Below, in pieces: positions 1-10,449 of a DNA stretch of 49,603 nucleotides. Both the position numbers and the translations under genes were made by a program. Position 1 is the stretch's first letter; each line of letters begins with the position of its first letter. The stretch lies in NCBI GenBank assembly GCA_051008935.1, contig JBPCXB010000144.1, forward strand, positions 1 through 49,603, written 5' to 3'. The DNA is from Gammaproteobacteria bacterium. Lineage in GTDB: Bacteria; Pseudomonadota; Gammaproteobacteria; JBPCXB01. Under the pieces are notes generated by a model, which was not told the DNA's origin, made no database searches, and saw only the letters and a program-made list of their open reading frames with translations.

Positions 1-2631
1 CGCGAAAGAATACGCGCCCGATGGAAGGTGGTGTTGATCGATGAGTCTCAAGACAATAGCCCCATCCAATTTGAAATATTCCGCCAGTTATTTGGGCCAC
101 CCGGCAAACGCTGGCTGTTTTTCATCGGCGACCCCAAACAGGCCATCTATTCATTCCGCGGGGCTGACCTGCAACAATGGCGCCAGATTGCTAACCCGCC
201 ACCCGACCAACCGCCTCCCTTCAAAACCGAACTGACCGAGAACTGGCGTTCGTGCAACGAGCAAATACAGGCAGTCAACCAAGTGTTCGGTCGCGCGCGT
301 GAACAGGGCGGGCAATCCTTCGTACAGAGTGCACAGAGTGTACAGAGCGAAGGCGACCAGTCTGACCTCCACTATGCGCCTTCTAAACCTGCCACTCAGG
401 TCGATCCTGCTCGGCTTATCAGCCATGCGCTAGAAGAACAGCATTCCGGCACAGGATCAGCGCCGAAAAACGGGCTGGAAGTCCTGACACTAGCCATACC
501 GGAAGCAACGAAGGGGATCGACGCGGTGCGAAAATACTTCGCTCGAGTATGCGCAGCAGAAGTTGCGGCCCTAATTCAAACAGAGCGCCAAACGGAGAGT
601 CAGAACCAAACGCTGATCAAAGATCGAAACCAAACACAAACCCGCCCACTGGTACCCAGAGACATTGCCATTCTGGTACCCGAAAACAAGCACAGCCTGC
701 TGGTGCAACAAGCCTTGATGGAACACGGCATTCACAGCAGCCTGCGCAATACAGAATCGGTACTGCGCAGCCAAGAGGCCTTCTGGCTCTGGCACCTACT
801 ACGCGCTCTGGAGACGCCTGACCGCCCCGAAACAGTAGCAGCTGCCATAGCAACTCCTTTGATGGCACCGCCCCAGAATCTAACAGAGCAGAATCAGGCC
901 AGCGAGCGGTTGATTCACTATGCCCACAAGTGGCAGAGACATGGCATCTATGTAACCCTGATGGCACTCTTCAAGGAAGAGCGCATCTCCCACCGGCTGA
1001 TTGGTCAGCCTCAAGGAGCGCGTACTCTGACCAATCTACTCCATCTCAGCGATATCCTCCAGCAGCAACAACAAGAACTCCTGACCAGATCCGCCCTAGT
1101 GCAATGGCTCGAAAATGCTCTGGCAAGCGACTCTGACACCAAACAAGACGCGCGCATGCGTCTAGAGAGCGACGAACATCTGGTCAGCATCATGACCATA
1201 CACAGTTCCAAAGGGCTGGAATTCCCGCTGGTTTATATGCCCTTTGTCTGGGACTACACTGTTAAAAGGCAGTCCGACGCACTGATCAAGACCCGTGATG
1301 ATCAATTGCGGCCTGCACTCTATCTGCCAGACCCACAGCATCCACCTAGCGCAGCAGAGCTCCAAAAGCAACACGCCATCTCTACCACTGCAAACACCGA
1401 TGAGCGCATCAGGCTACTCTATGTAGCAATGACCCGTGCTTTATGCCGCACCAGCCTGCTCTGGCCACACGAGCTGCCTTCCAAAAAGCCACCGCCCTAT
1501 ATCCAAAACATCCTGGGCACCGCTGCAGATTGGCAGAGCAGCCTAAAGGCTTGGGGAAAACTGGCAGCAAACAGCGCCGGCTGCATCTGGATCAAACAGT
1601 TATCAGACGCTGATTCTGTATGGAGTTCCCGCAAAACGCATCGGCCTGCACACGAACCGCAAAAACAATCCGGCACCTCTGGGGGGCAGGCGCGATCTTT
1701 GGGCAAAAAATACCCCCCCAGCCTTTTTGTAACCAGCTTCAGCCAAATCAAATCCGAACTGGACCAAAAGGCGCGTGCCCAACAGAATCACTATGCCGAT
1801 AACGAAGACACGCACCTCAAGCTCGACCCCATGGAGCAACTGCAAGCAGGCCATATGCGCAGCAGTACCGACTGGCATGCACACTCCGAGCTGCTGGATT
1901 TCCCGGGAGGCACACAAACAGGCCTGTTTTTCCACCATGCACTCGAATGTATCATCGAACAGCATCTAACTGCATGCAACGCACAGGATATTGAGCACAT
2001 GATCCAGCAGATGCAGCTGTGTGAACGCTACCAACTGCCGCCCGATGCCGCTGTTATCGCCGCCTCTGCCCTGCATCAACTCTTGCATTTGACGCTGGAA
2101 CCTGCGCCTGTGTGTCTGGCGGATTTACCCCCTGACCATACCGCCAGCGAACTCGAATTCGACCTGCCCCTCAGTCCAGACTGGCATCGCAAACTGCACG
2201 CCCTGAACCTACTATCCGGAAACCTCTCCCCGCTTGGGCGCACAGGGGGCCGGCACTACATGAAAGGTTTTATCGATTTGACCATTGTCCACAACAACCG
2301 TTACTATCTGGCCGATCTAAAAACCAACTGGCTGGGTGACGATATCGCCCATTACCAAACCGAAAACCTTGCGCAAACAGCACAGCAACAGCACTACGAT
2401 ATGCAATTAAACCTGTACGGGCTGGCTCTGCACCGTCACCTGCAACTGAGGCTACCCGATTACGACTACGACCGCCATTTCGGCGGCAGCTTTCTCCTGT
2501 TTATTCGCGGCTTAAATCCGAAACAGGAAGGCTCTCAAGGCATCTGGTTTCACCGGCTCGAGAAGCAGAGAATGCTCGATTTAGACAACGCAATTGGCCG
2601 CGACATCCCACCTGCAATAACCCATGACTGA
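1..2631 (+). CDS. recB: Exodeoxyribonuclease V beta subunit (5' end outside window)
   Basis: Frame is open from base 1 (RERIRARWKVVLIDESQD). UvrD-type motifs IGDPKQAIYSFRGAD, MTIHSSKGLEF, RLLYVAMTRA and C-terminal nuclease MKGFIDL..YYLADLKTNWLG. Overlaps recD by 8 nt. Confidence 0.95.
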   Translation, partial: RERIRARWKVVLIDESQDNSPIQFEIFRQLFGPPGKRWLFFIGDPKQAIYSFRGADLQQWRQIANPPPDQPPPFKTELTENWRSCNEQIQAVNQVFGRAREQGGQSFVQSAQSVQSEGDQSDLHYAPSKPATQVDPARLISHALEEQHSGTGSAPKNGLEVLTLAIPEATKGIDAVRKYFARVCAAEVAALIQTERQTESQNQTLIKDRNQTQTRPLVPRDIAILVPENKHSLLVQQALMEHGIHSSLRNTESVLRSQEAFWLWHLLRALETPDRPETVAAAIATPLMAPPQNLTEQNQASERLIHYAHKWQRHGIYVTLMALFKEERISHRLIGQPQGARTLTNLLHLSDILQQQQQELLTRSALVQWLENALASDSDTKQDARMRLESDEHLVSIMTIHSSKGLEFPLVYMPFVWDYTVKRQSDALIKTRDDQLRPALYLPDPQHPPSAAELQKQHAISTTANTDERIRLLYVAMTRALCRTSLLWPHELPSKKPPPYIQNILGTAADWQSSLKAWGKLAANSAGCIWIKQLSDADSVWSSRKTHRPAHEPQKQSGTSGGQARSLGKKYPPSLFVTSFSQIKSELDQKARAQQNHYADNEDTHLKLDPMEQLQAGHMRSSTDWHAHSELLDFPGGTQTGLFFHHALECIIEQHLTACNAQDIEHMIQQMQLCERYQLPPDAAVIAASALHQLLHLTLEPAPVCLADLPPDHTASELEFDLPLSPDWHRKLHALNLLSGNLSPLGRTGGRHYMKGFIDLTIVHNNRYYLADLKTNWLGDDIAHYQTENLAQTAQQQHYDMQLNLYGLALHRHLQLRLPDYDYDRHFGGSFLLFIRGLNPKQEGSQGIWFHRLEKQRMLDLDNAIGRDIPPAITHD

Positions 2632-4474
2632 AAGCACGCAAAACTTCGCAGAGTGCTTGTTTGAACTGACAATGAGCCTGACCCCCGAGGCCACAATCGA
2701 ACAACGCAACCTGTGCCAGCTATGCTGCTCTGAACTGGCAGCAGCCTTCAGCCTCTTCGAGACCAGTTGCACGCTCCCCGCTCAGCTTGCGGGCATGAGC
2801 CCTGCGGCTATCGCCGATAAGCTGATACAAATGGGCGCCGCTCTACCCGCCGATACGCAAAAAATGGCCGCTGCTCTTTTTGAATCCAGTCCGTTTTTAA
2901 TCATTACCGACCAGCAGAAACTGACCCTTAAAAGCCTGTATGCCCAGCAGCTCGACACGGTGCGCAGATTAAATCAGCTGGCAATCAGTCGGCCCACTGA
3001 TGCCAGCATCCTGCAAGCCTGTGAAGAACCACAGGGCTGGCTCGATCAATACCTACCAGCGGCCGAATTTACTGCCTGCCAGCGCGCAGCAGCGCAATCG
3101 GCATTAACAGGGAAACTGACGCTGGTATCCGGCGGTGCAGGTACCGGCAAAACTACAACTATGGTACGCATAGCCGCGATGTTTATGCAGCTGACAGGAC
3201 AAACGCAATCTGTGGCTCTAGCTGCCTTCACCGGCCGAGCGGCACTGAGGCTCGGGCTGGCTGCCGAAATGAACCGCGATCATTCACCAGAATCACATGG
3301 TGTTTCGCTCTACAGACAGTGCTTTACCCTCCACCGCCTGCTGGGCTTAAACACACCTTCTGCACCAGCCGAGCTGCAAGCAGTCAAGCTGCTGATTGTC
3401 GATGAAGCATCTATGATTGATGCAGCCATCTTTCAGCAACTACTCATACAGCTGCCCACGGATTGCCACTTAATTCTGGTCGGCGATGAAAACCAGCTGC
3501 CTCCTATCAACCTAGGCCGCCCATTTTCCGAGCTGGTCTCGGCTTCCGAAGCTCAGAACCTGCCATCCGAAGACCTACAGAAATCTGCACTGGGCCGACA
3601 CATCAAGCTCACCCGCCCTTTTCGATTTCAGGCGCGCTCTGAGCTGGGGCAACTGGCCGACGAAATACTTCACGAACCTGCCAAGGCGCTGGATCGCCTG
3701 CTAAATAGCCCCAGTGATGAATCAGAGGCAAATATCCGCTGGTTGCCGCTACCGGACGTCGAAAACAATAGCCCGCAACACCGACAGGCACACCGCCATC
3801 TGCTCCATATACTCAGCCACCATTGGCGCACCGAACGCTTCGCTACAGATCCCGAACAGGCCCTGGATCAACTGCAAAACATGCGCATCCTGTGCCGTCG
3901 CGAAACAGGCCCGCTGGGATACAAAAACATCAACCGCGACATCACTCTGGCCCTTGGGCAGGCAGGCGCGCTTGATCTGCCAGCTGATGCCACCAATACA
4001 ACTAATACAACCAATACATCCACTACACCTAACTCGACGCAGCTTCCTTGGATGGCACACTGCCCCATTTTGATCCAAGAAAACGATCGCATTCTGGATC
4101 TGCGCAACGGCGAAATGGGCATTGTTCTAGATACCCCCGAGGGCTTGCGTGCATTTTTCAAAAGCCAGAACACCCTTCAGGTTTTTGCACTCTGGGAGTT
4201 GCCTGCCCATTCGTTGGGATGGGCCATCAGCATTCACCGCAGCCAAGGTAGCGAATACGACCGTGCAGCGGTCATCGTGCCGACACTTGATGACCATCCG
4301 TCCTCCGCTTGCGCTGAACTCTATACGGCCATCACGCGCGCCCGCAAGCAAGTTCTAGTAGTAGCCACAGCCAACAACCTCGAACGCCTACTCCTCGAAA
4401 GCAGGCCTACCTACTCAGACCTCACCCCTCTGCTGACAGCTGTGCCTACTACTCCCACCTCTATTCCAAGTTAA
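2624..4474 (+). CDS. recD: Exodeoxyribonuclease V alpha subunit
   Basis: Walker A GGAGTGKTT, IVDEASM, LVGDENQLPP, NGEMG, SIHRSQGSEY, LYTAITRAR; directly after recB. Confidence 0.93.
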   Translation: MTESTQNFAECLFELTMSLTPEATIEQRNLCQLCCSELAAAFSLFETSCTLPAQLAGMSPAAIADKLIQMGAALPADTQKMAAALFESSPFLIITDQQKLTLKSLYAQQLDTVRRLNQLAISRPTDASILQACEEPQGWLDQYLPAAEFTACQRAAAQSALTGKLTLVSGGAGTGKTTTMVRIAAMFMQLTGQTQSVALAAFTGRAALRLGLAAEMNRDHSPESHGVSLYRQCFTLHRLLGLNTPSAPAELQAVKLLIVDEASMIDAAIFQQLLIQLPTDCHLILVGDENQLPPINLGRPFSELVSASEAQNLPSEDLQKSALGRHIKLTRPFRFQARSELGQLADEILHEPAKALDRLLNSPSDESEANIRWLPLPDVENNSPQHRQAHRHLLHILSHHWRTERFATDPEQALDQLQNMRILCRRETGPLGYKNINRDITLALGQAGALDLPADATNTTNTTNTSTTPNSTQLPWMAHCPILIQENDRILDLRNGEMGIVLDTPEGLRAFFKSQNTLQVFALWELPAHSLGWAISIHRSQGSEYDRAAVIVPTLDDHPSSACAELYTAITRARKQVLVVATANNLERLLLESRPTYSDLTPLLTAVPTTPTSIPS

Positions 4475-4503
4475 GACAACCAGCAAAACTAATCGCGCAA
4501 CGG

Positions 4504-4532
4504 TTGCACATTGCTAAATTGCGCTCTAAAAT
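4504..4532 (+). promoter_or_regulatory. Putative sigma70 promoter of the infC operon
   Basis: TTGCAC (4504-4509), 17-nt spacer, TAAAAT (4527-4532) in the recD-infC gap. Confidence 0.55.
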
Positions 4533-4671
4533 GGCTCATCGTAATGCAATACCTTACAGAAGGTGCGCACATCGCTACCATCCGACACTATCTAATGGTG
4601 ATACCATGGCAAGCTCAGCGCCCAATACCTACCTCTGTATCCTTCCCTTTTCATCACTCAGGTAATCAATC

Positions 4672-5286
4672 ATAGCGAGCAATCGTAAGGCTCTGGTCAA
4701 CGATCAGATTAAGGCAGACCAAGTCCGACTCATCAGCGCCGATGGCGAGCTTATGGGCATTCTTTCCCTGTCCAAAGCGCGCGAAAAAGCCGAGCAACAG
4801 CAAATGGATCTGGTGCAGATGCCCAACAGCGGCAACCCCATTGTCTGCCGCCTGATGGACTACGGCAAGCATTTGTTTGAACTCAAAAAAAATCAAGCTT
4901 CATCACGTAAGCGCCACAAAAAAACCCAGATCAAAGAAATCAAATTCAGACTGAGTACAGAAGAAGGCGATTACCAGGTCAAACTCCGGAAAATGAAACA
5001 GTTTCTCTCTGCAGGCGATAAAACCAAAGTCAGCCTACGCTTGCGCGGGCGCGAAGCACAACGCCAAGACCATGCGCTAACCCTGTTAAGCCGCATCAGC
5101 GAAGATATGAAAGAGTACGGGAGTGTCGAGCAGGCACCTCAACGTATGGAGAATCGCCAATTCATACTCACTCTGGCGCCGACGCGCAAAGCAGGAACAA
5201 CCGCTAAGAAAACCAGCGACGCTATCGATAGCAAAACTGCTAAAATGGAGTCCGGTACCAAAGTTGCGGCGCCTACACAGTCATAA
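4672..5286 (+). CDS. infC: Translation initiation factor IF-3, non-canonical start (ATA 4672 or ATC 4669)
   Basis: The frame upstream of the track's ATG 4753 encodes the IF3 N-terminus ([27 protein letters not shown]) back to an in-frame TAA at 4663. AGGT at 4660-4663 precedes ATC/ATA. Also CRLMDYGK and IKEIKFR. Confidence 0.92.
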   Translation: MASNRKALVNDQIKADQVRLISADGELMGILSLSKAREKAEQQQMDLVQMPNSGNPIVCRLMDYGKHLFELKKNQASSRKRHKKTQIKEIKFRLSTEEGDYQVKLRKMKQFLSAGDKTKVSLRLRGREAQRQDHALTLLSRISEDMKEYGSVEQAPQRMENRQFILTLAPTRKAGTTAKKTSDAIDSKTAKMESGTKVAAPTQS

Positions 5287-5381
5287 CATCATCGATATCT
5301 GACTCCATCAGGCCCGTACAACCGATTCCAAACCCCGCCCTCGCCCCGACCCTATCGTATTCTGCAAACCCGAATCTGGCC

Positions 5382-5576
5382 ATGCCCAAACTCAAAACCC
5401 ACAAAGGCACTGCCAAACGTTTTCAGGTTACAGGTTCTGGCATCAAGCGCAAACAGGCGAATAAGCGCCATAACTTCACCAACAAAAACCAAAAATCCAA
5501 ACGGCAGTTGCGCGGAACTGTAGCACCCTCAGGTGCTGACATGCCCCGCATTGGCCGCTTATTAAAAATCTGCTGA
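5382..5576 (+). CDS. rpmI: 50S ribosomal protein L35
   Basis: [20 protein letters not shown]; position between infC and rplT. Confidence 0.97.
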   Translation: MPKLKTHKGTAKRFQVTGSGIKRKQANKRHNFTNKNQKSKRQLRGTVAPSGADMPRIGRLLKIC

Positions 5577-5582
5577 CCTATC

Positions 5583-5936
5583 ATGACTAGAGCTACGCAA
5601 GCTGTCGTTCGGCGGAAACGACACAAAAAAATCCTACAACAGGCATCGGGCTATCGTGGAGCGCGTAGCCGCAATTTCCGTACCGCCTTGCCTGCCGTTA
5701 TCAAGGCGTCGCAGTACGCTTACCGCGACCGACGCCAGAATAAGCGCGAATTTCGCCGACTCTGGATCCAAAGATTGAATGCTGCCTGCCGCCTAAACGG
5801 CACCAATTACAGCCGCTTCATGCACCAGTTAGGGCAATCAGGCATCGAACTGGATCGCAAAGTACTGGCCGAAATGGCCGTCCACGATGCTAAAAACTTT
5901 GCGAACCTGGTCAAACAATTGAATCTAAGCGGCTAA
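5583..5936 (+). CDS. rplT: 50S ribosomal protein L20
   Basis: GYRGARSR, YAYRDRRQNKREFRRLWIQRLNAA, LDRKVLAEMA. Confidence 0.97.
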   Translation: MTRATQAVVRRKRHKKILQQASGYRGARSRNFRTALPAVIKASQYAYRDRRQNKREFRRLWIQRLNAACRLNGTNYSRFMHQLGQSGIELDRKVLAEMAVHDAKNFANLVKQLNLSG

Positions 5937-5946
5937 AACCGATTCA

Positions 5947-6999
5947 ATGCCCGATTCATCGCCAACCGACCGCCTTCCCCCCACCAACCAATCCTCTCTC
6001 GACAACCTGAGCCAGCTTGCGCTACAGGAAATTTCCGAAGCAGGCACCACTGACCAGCTGCATAGCATCCAAATCAGCTATCTGGGCAAAAACGGCTCCG
6101 TCAATCAAGTCATGCGCACCATCGGCCAGATGGAAGCGAGCCAACGCCCCCTCATGGGCAAAAAAATGCAACAGGTGCGTCACAGCATCGAGCAGGCACT
6201 GAACCAGCGCGTGACGCACCTGCAACAGCAGTTAGACGCCGACCGCATCGCATCCGAAACTCTGGATGTTACCCTGCCAGCACGTCTGGACTCTGTAGGC
6301 TCAATCCACCCGGTCAGCCAAATGATGCAGCGCATCTGTAGTTGGTTCTCGGCGCGCGGTTACCAACTGGCCACTGGGCCAGAAATAGAAGATACCTGGC
6401 ACAACTTCACCGCCCTCAATATGGGCGAAGACCATCCGGCACGTGCCATGCACGATACCTTTTACTTCAACCCAGAGCTACTGCTGCGTACCCACACATC
6501 CCCGGTACAAATCCGCGCGCTACTGGCGCAAAAACCCCCGCTACGTATCATCTGCCCGGGCAAAGTATACCGGCGCGATTCCGACCTCACCCACACCCCC
6601 ATGTTTCATCAGGTTGAAGGGCTAGTAGTCGATCGGGATATCAGCCTCGCACAACTCAAAGGCACCCTGCAAGAATTTCTGCATTACTTGTTCGGCGCAC
6701 ACAAAGAACTGCGCTTTCGCACCTCTTTCTTTCCCTTCACAGAGCCTTCTGTCGAAGTAGACGTGCAATGCATGCAATGCACCGGTTCAGGCTGCCGAGG
6801 CTGCAAAGACGGCTGGCTAGAAATTCTGGGCGCAGGTCTCGTACATCCACAGGTGCTGGAAAACTGCAATCTGGATAGCGAACAATGGTCGGGGTTTGCC
6901 TTCGGCATGGGGATAGAACGTTTGATTATGCTGTTTCACGGTGTCGCCGACATGCGCCTGTGCTTCGAAAACGACCTGCGTTTTCTCCATCAGTTCTGA
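5947..6999 (+). CDS. pheS: Phenylalanine-tRNA ligase alpha subunit
   Basis: HPARAMHDTFY, LLRTHTSPVQ, HTPMFHQVEG, FPFTEPS, GFAFGMGIERL. Confidence 0.98.
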   Translation: MPDSSPTDRLPPTNQSSLDNLSQLALQEISEAGTTDQLHSIQISYLGKNGSVNQVMRTIGQMEASQRPLMGKKMQQVRHSIEQALNQRVTHLQQQLDADRIASETLDVTLPARLDSVGSIHPVSQMMQRICSWFSARGYQLATGPEIEDTWHNFTALNMGEDHPARAMHDTFYFNPELLLRTHTSPVQIRALLAQKPPLRIICPGKVYRRDSDLTHTPMFHQVEGLVVDRDISLAQLKGTLQEFLHYLFGAHKELRFRTSFFPFTEPSVEVDVQCMQCTGSGCRGCKDGWLEILGAGLVHPQVLENCNLDSEQWSGFAFGMGIERLIMLFHGVADMRLCFENDLRFLHQF

Positions 7000-7005
7000 T
7001 CTGCC

Positions 7006-9537
7006 ATGAAAGCCCCCCTGTCGCTTTTGCGCACCTTTGCGCCTGATTTGCCCAGTGCTAGAGACCTCGCCTCTGTCATGACAGTTGCTGGCCTAGAAGT
7101 AGACAGCATCGAAGCAGCTGCCCCGGATTTTTCACAGGTCGTGGTGGGGCGCATTCTCTCGGCAGAAGCCATCAAAGGAAGCCGCAAGCTCAGCCTCTGC
7201 CAAGTGGCACTAAGCGACGCTAAGCATGCCAAAACCGCCGCAATTGTCTGCGGTGCTGATAATATCGAGACGGGGGCACTCTACCCCGTGGCTCTGCCCG
7301 GTAGTACGCTGCCCCAAGGCTTTCTGATCGGCCGACGCAAAATGGCGGGCGTCGAATCCGAGGGTATGATCTGCTCAGAATCCGAGCTGGGCATCGGTAC
7401 CGACAGCGATGGCATCATGCGCCTTCCAGACCATCTGCAGCCGGGAATTGACCTCAGAAAAGCTCTGGATCTAGATGATGAAATACTGCATTTTGACATT
7501 ACCCCCAACCGCGCCGATTGTTTCAGCCTCGAGGGTTTGGCGCGGGACGCAGCAGCGCTCTTAGGCCTCAAATTCCACCCCTGGAAGCCCAGTGCCCGCA
7601 GCACCAAGCAGCTGACACCAACCTCAGAAGACGATGCACAACTATCGATACAATCTGAATATGCGAGTGGCTGCCCGCGCTACCTCGGCGCCGTCATCCA
7701 GAACTGCCAACCTGGCCAAAGCTCCCCTTACTGGCTGCGCGAACTGCTTCGCAGAATGGGGCACAACAGTATTAACGCAGCCGTAGACATCACGAACTAC
7801 GTCATGCTGGAACTCGGCCAGCCGCTCCACGCTTTTGACTTCGACAGGGTACAGGGCGGTATTTGCATTCGCAAACCCCACCAAAACGAGACCCTCAAAC
7901 TCCTGAACGGAACAGACTATACGCTACACCCAGAAGATCTGCTCATTGCCGATCACCACAAACCTCTAGCACTGGCAGGCGTCATGGGCGGTATGGATTC
8001 AGGGATTCAGCCCGAAAGCCGCTCTATTTTGCTGGAGAGCGCTTGGTTCAAACCCTCCATGATAGCAGCCACTTCGATGCGCTACCATCTCATCAGCGAA
8101 GCATCCCGCCGCTTTGAACGTGGAGTCAGCCGGCAACTACAGCAACGCGCCCTCATACGGGCACTGGGACTTTGCGCAGACATACTCGGCAGCACGCCAA
8201 CCCACCGAGGGCACTATTCCAACGACTCTGCCTTCCCCACCTTCCCACCTATCCATCTGCACGACAATAAATTGCGCCGGATTCTGGGCACCAAGCCCGA
8301 TCAAAAGAAACTAACCGCTGGATTCAAACGTCTAGAATTGCAACCTGTGCGCAAAGATTCCGGCTGGCAAGTGCAGCCCCCAGCGCATCGGTTCGACCTC
8401 AACATAGCCGAGGATGTGGCTGAAGAAGCGGCGCGATTGATAGGCTACGACCAGCTCCCCAGCGCACCATCTGTCACCACAACTGCCGCCACTGAAGCAC
8501 AGGATAGCGCCGTCCAAACACGCCAACAAGCCTACGGACACATCCGCCAAAACTTAGTAGCACAGGGCTTTAGCGAAATCCTGAGCTACAGCTTTATCGA
8601 CCCGGCATTGCAAAAAGAGCTGATACCGTCAGCACGCCCTCAGGAAATCCTCGCGCTAGCAAGCCCACTTGCCAGTACCCAATCGGAGATGCGTATCAGC
8701 CTCATCCCCGGTCTGTTACAGGCTGCCGCCCATAATCTGGCCCACCAGTACGAACGCATCCGACTCTTTGAATTAGGACATTGCTTCCGGCGCACCCTTT
8801 CTGAGCCAAGCGAGCTCAGTCAACCCAAACATCTGGCTGGGCTCATGCTAGGCAACCGACACCCTCGGTCCTGGGCTTGGCAGCAGCAAGACGCCTTCGA
8901 TTTCTACGATGCCAAAGCCGTACTGGAAAAACTGCTCTCGGTTCGGCTGAGCTACCGCAGCCCCAGCCACATATCCGAATTGCCCGAATGGCTGACACAT
9001 TGGCTGCAGCATCCACAAGACAGCGATAGCTGCCACGACGCCAACCTGCATCCAGGCCAATGCGCTCTGATTCTGGCGCACCCAGAAGCGCACGCCAGCC
9101 CTCAGGCATTGGGCTGGGTCGGCAGGCTGCATCCAGACAAAATGCCCTTACTCGGTGGCACCAAGCACCCGGCCATCTGCTTTGAGATCCATCTAGACGC
9201 ACTGCCCAGCCTGGCAACTAGTTCCGTTCGCCCCGGCCCCGTCCGCTTTAAAAAATTCGACCGCTTACCGCGCATCAAGCGTGATCTGTCGCTGAAAGTA
9301 CCCTGGGAAACCACAGCAGCCACCCTGATACAACTGGCCTCTGAAGCAGCCGGCTCCGAACTACTGAACTGCCAGATCTTTGATGTACATATCCCCCCGG
9401 AACCGAGCTTCAGATATCTGGCTTTGAATCTGGAATGGCAACCCATAGAAAACAGTTGGACCTCTACACAAATAGATCAAAAGGTCGGACGCATTCTGAA
9501 GCATCTGCAACAGCATCAGATACAACTGCGCACCTAG
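7006..9537 (+). CDS. pheT: Phenylalanine-tRNA ligase beta subunit
   Basis: GVESEGMICSESELG, ITPNRADC, VDITNYVMLELGQPLHAFD, RFERG, HRFDLNIAEDVAEEAARLIGYD; follows pheS. Confidence 0.97.
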   Translation: MKAPLSLLRTFAPDLPSARDLASVMTVAGLEVDSIEAAAPDFSQVVVGRILSAEAIKGSRKLSLCQVALSDAKHAKTAAIVCGADNIETGALYPVALPGSTLPQGFLIGRRKMAGVESEGMICSESELGIGTDSDGIMRLPDHLQPGIDLRKALDLDDEILHFDITPNRADCFSLEGLARDAAALLGLKFHPWKPSARSTKQLTPTSEDDAQLSIQSEYASGCPRYLGAVIQNCQPGQSSPYWLRELLRRMGHNSINAAVDITNYVMLELGQPLHAFDFDRVQGGICIRKPHQNETLKLLNGTDYTLHPEDLLIADHHKPLALAGVMGGMDSGIQPESRSILLESAWFKPSMIAATSMRYHLISEASRRFERGVSRQLQQRALIRALGLCADILGSTPTHRGHYSNDSAFPTFPPIHLHDNKLRRILGTKPDQKKLTAGFKRLELQPVRKDSGWQVQPPAHRFDLNIAEDVAEEAARLIGYDQLPSAPSVTTTAATEAQDSAVQTRQQAYGHIRQNLVAQGFSEILSYSFIDPALQKELIPSARPQEILALASPLASTQSEMRISLIPGLLQAAAHNLAHQYERIRLFELGHCFRRTLSEPSELSQPKHLAGLMLGNRHPRSWAWQQQDAFDFYDAKAVLEKLLSVRLSYRSPSHISELPEWLTHWLQHPQDSDSCHDANLHPGQCALILAHPEAHASPQALGWVGRLHPDKMPLLGGTKHPAICFEIHLDALPSLATSSVRPGPVRFKKFDRLPRIKRDLSLKVPWETTAATLIQLASEAAGSELLNCQIFDVHIPPEPSFRYLALNLEWQPIENSWTSTQIDQKVGRILKHLQQHQIQLRT

Positions 9538-9667
9538 ACGCTGCACCAGCATATCCAATATTTCTCCGCAAGCAACCCTTGCTGCTATTTTTTGCTATCG
9601 GATATCGGCGGAAACTGAGGCGATTTTGGTATAAAATTCGCAACCAGCCCTACAGTCCCACCACCCC

Positions 9668-10162
9668 ATGCCCACAAACAACCTCTCAGTCGCACAGCCC
9701 CGTGCGCTGCCAGAGCCGGTTCCCCAGACCGCTCCCCAAGCTGGCACAGTCACTAGTACTACTAACAGTCCTATCAACGGCCAAACACTCACACGTGTCG
9801 ATATCGTTCAAAGCCTGAAACTCAATTCAAACCTATCCAAACAACAGCTTCGCTTAATAGTCGACCGATTTTTTGAAATCATCATCGACGCACTTGAGCA
9901 AGACGACCAAGTATCCCTTTCGGGTCTCGGCAAATTTCTACCTGTAAACCGTATCAGCAGGCCCGGGCGCAACCCAAAAACCGGCACCTACCACCTCATC
10001 CCTGATCATAAAACGGTAGTTTTCAGAACTGGATCTCGGCTCAAGCGCCGCTTCGACAAGACGCGCCTATTCCCGGCTATACAAAAATTCCAGCACGAAA
10101 GCCAAACAACGACTGCCCACCCAGACGAGACACCTCCTTCGCTCCTGCAGCATAAAGCCTGA
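9668..10162 (+). CDS. ihfA: Integration host factor alpha / HU-family protein with low-complexity terminal extensions
   Basis: VSLSGLGKF..RPGRNPKTG..VVFRTGSRLK core; conserved position after pheT. Start uncertain. Confidence 0.85.
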   Translation: MPTNNLSVAQPRALPEPVPQTAPQAGTVTSTTNSPINGQTLTRVDIVQSLKLNSNLSKQQLRLIVDRFFEIIIDALEQDDQVSLSGLGKFLPVNRISRPGRNPKTGTYHLIPDHKTVVFRTGSRLKRRFDKTRLFPAIQKFQHESQTTTAHPDETPPSLLQHKA

Positions 10163-10205
10163 ACCTTCAGAGGCTAAAATCGGACTGAAAACCGCACTCA
10201 AATAA

Positions 10206-10282
10206 CGGGATGTAGCGCAGTCTGGTAGCGCACCACACTGGGGGTGTGGTGGTCGTCGGTTCAAATCCGGCCATCCCGACCA
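10206..10282 (+). tRNA. tRNA-Pro(GGG)
   Basis: 77-nt cloverleaf CGGGATG...CATCCCG-ACCA, anticodon arm CCACA-CTGGGGG-TGTGG, T-loop GTTCAAATC. Confidence 0.97.
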
Positions 10283-10449
10283 AAACCGCCCCACAACTCC
10301 CCTAGCTTACAAGCTAAAACCAGAGAGATAGTCTGCATTTGCTCTATATAATAGAGACAATACGCACTGGGCACTGATACATCAGCAGGCCACAGCGCAC
10401 TACAAACCTATCTCCATAAAAGCCCCTAAAGCCAACTACAAAAAAATCC

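Noticed and set aside
10206-10282. tRNA genes (also 39912-39988 and 49456-49531) as island integration sites
   Set aside because: No duplicated tRNA 3' ends and no integrase seen; ordinary chromosomal genes follow directly.
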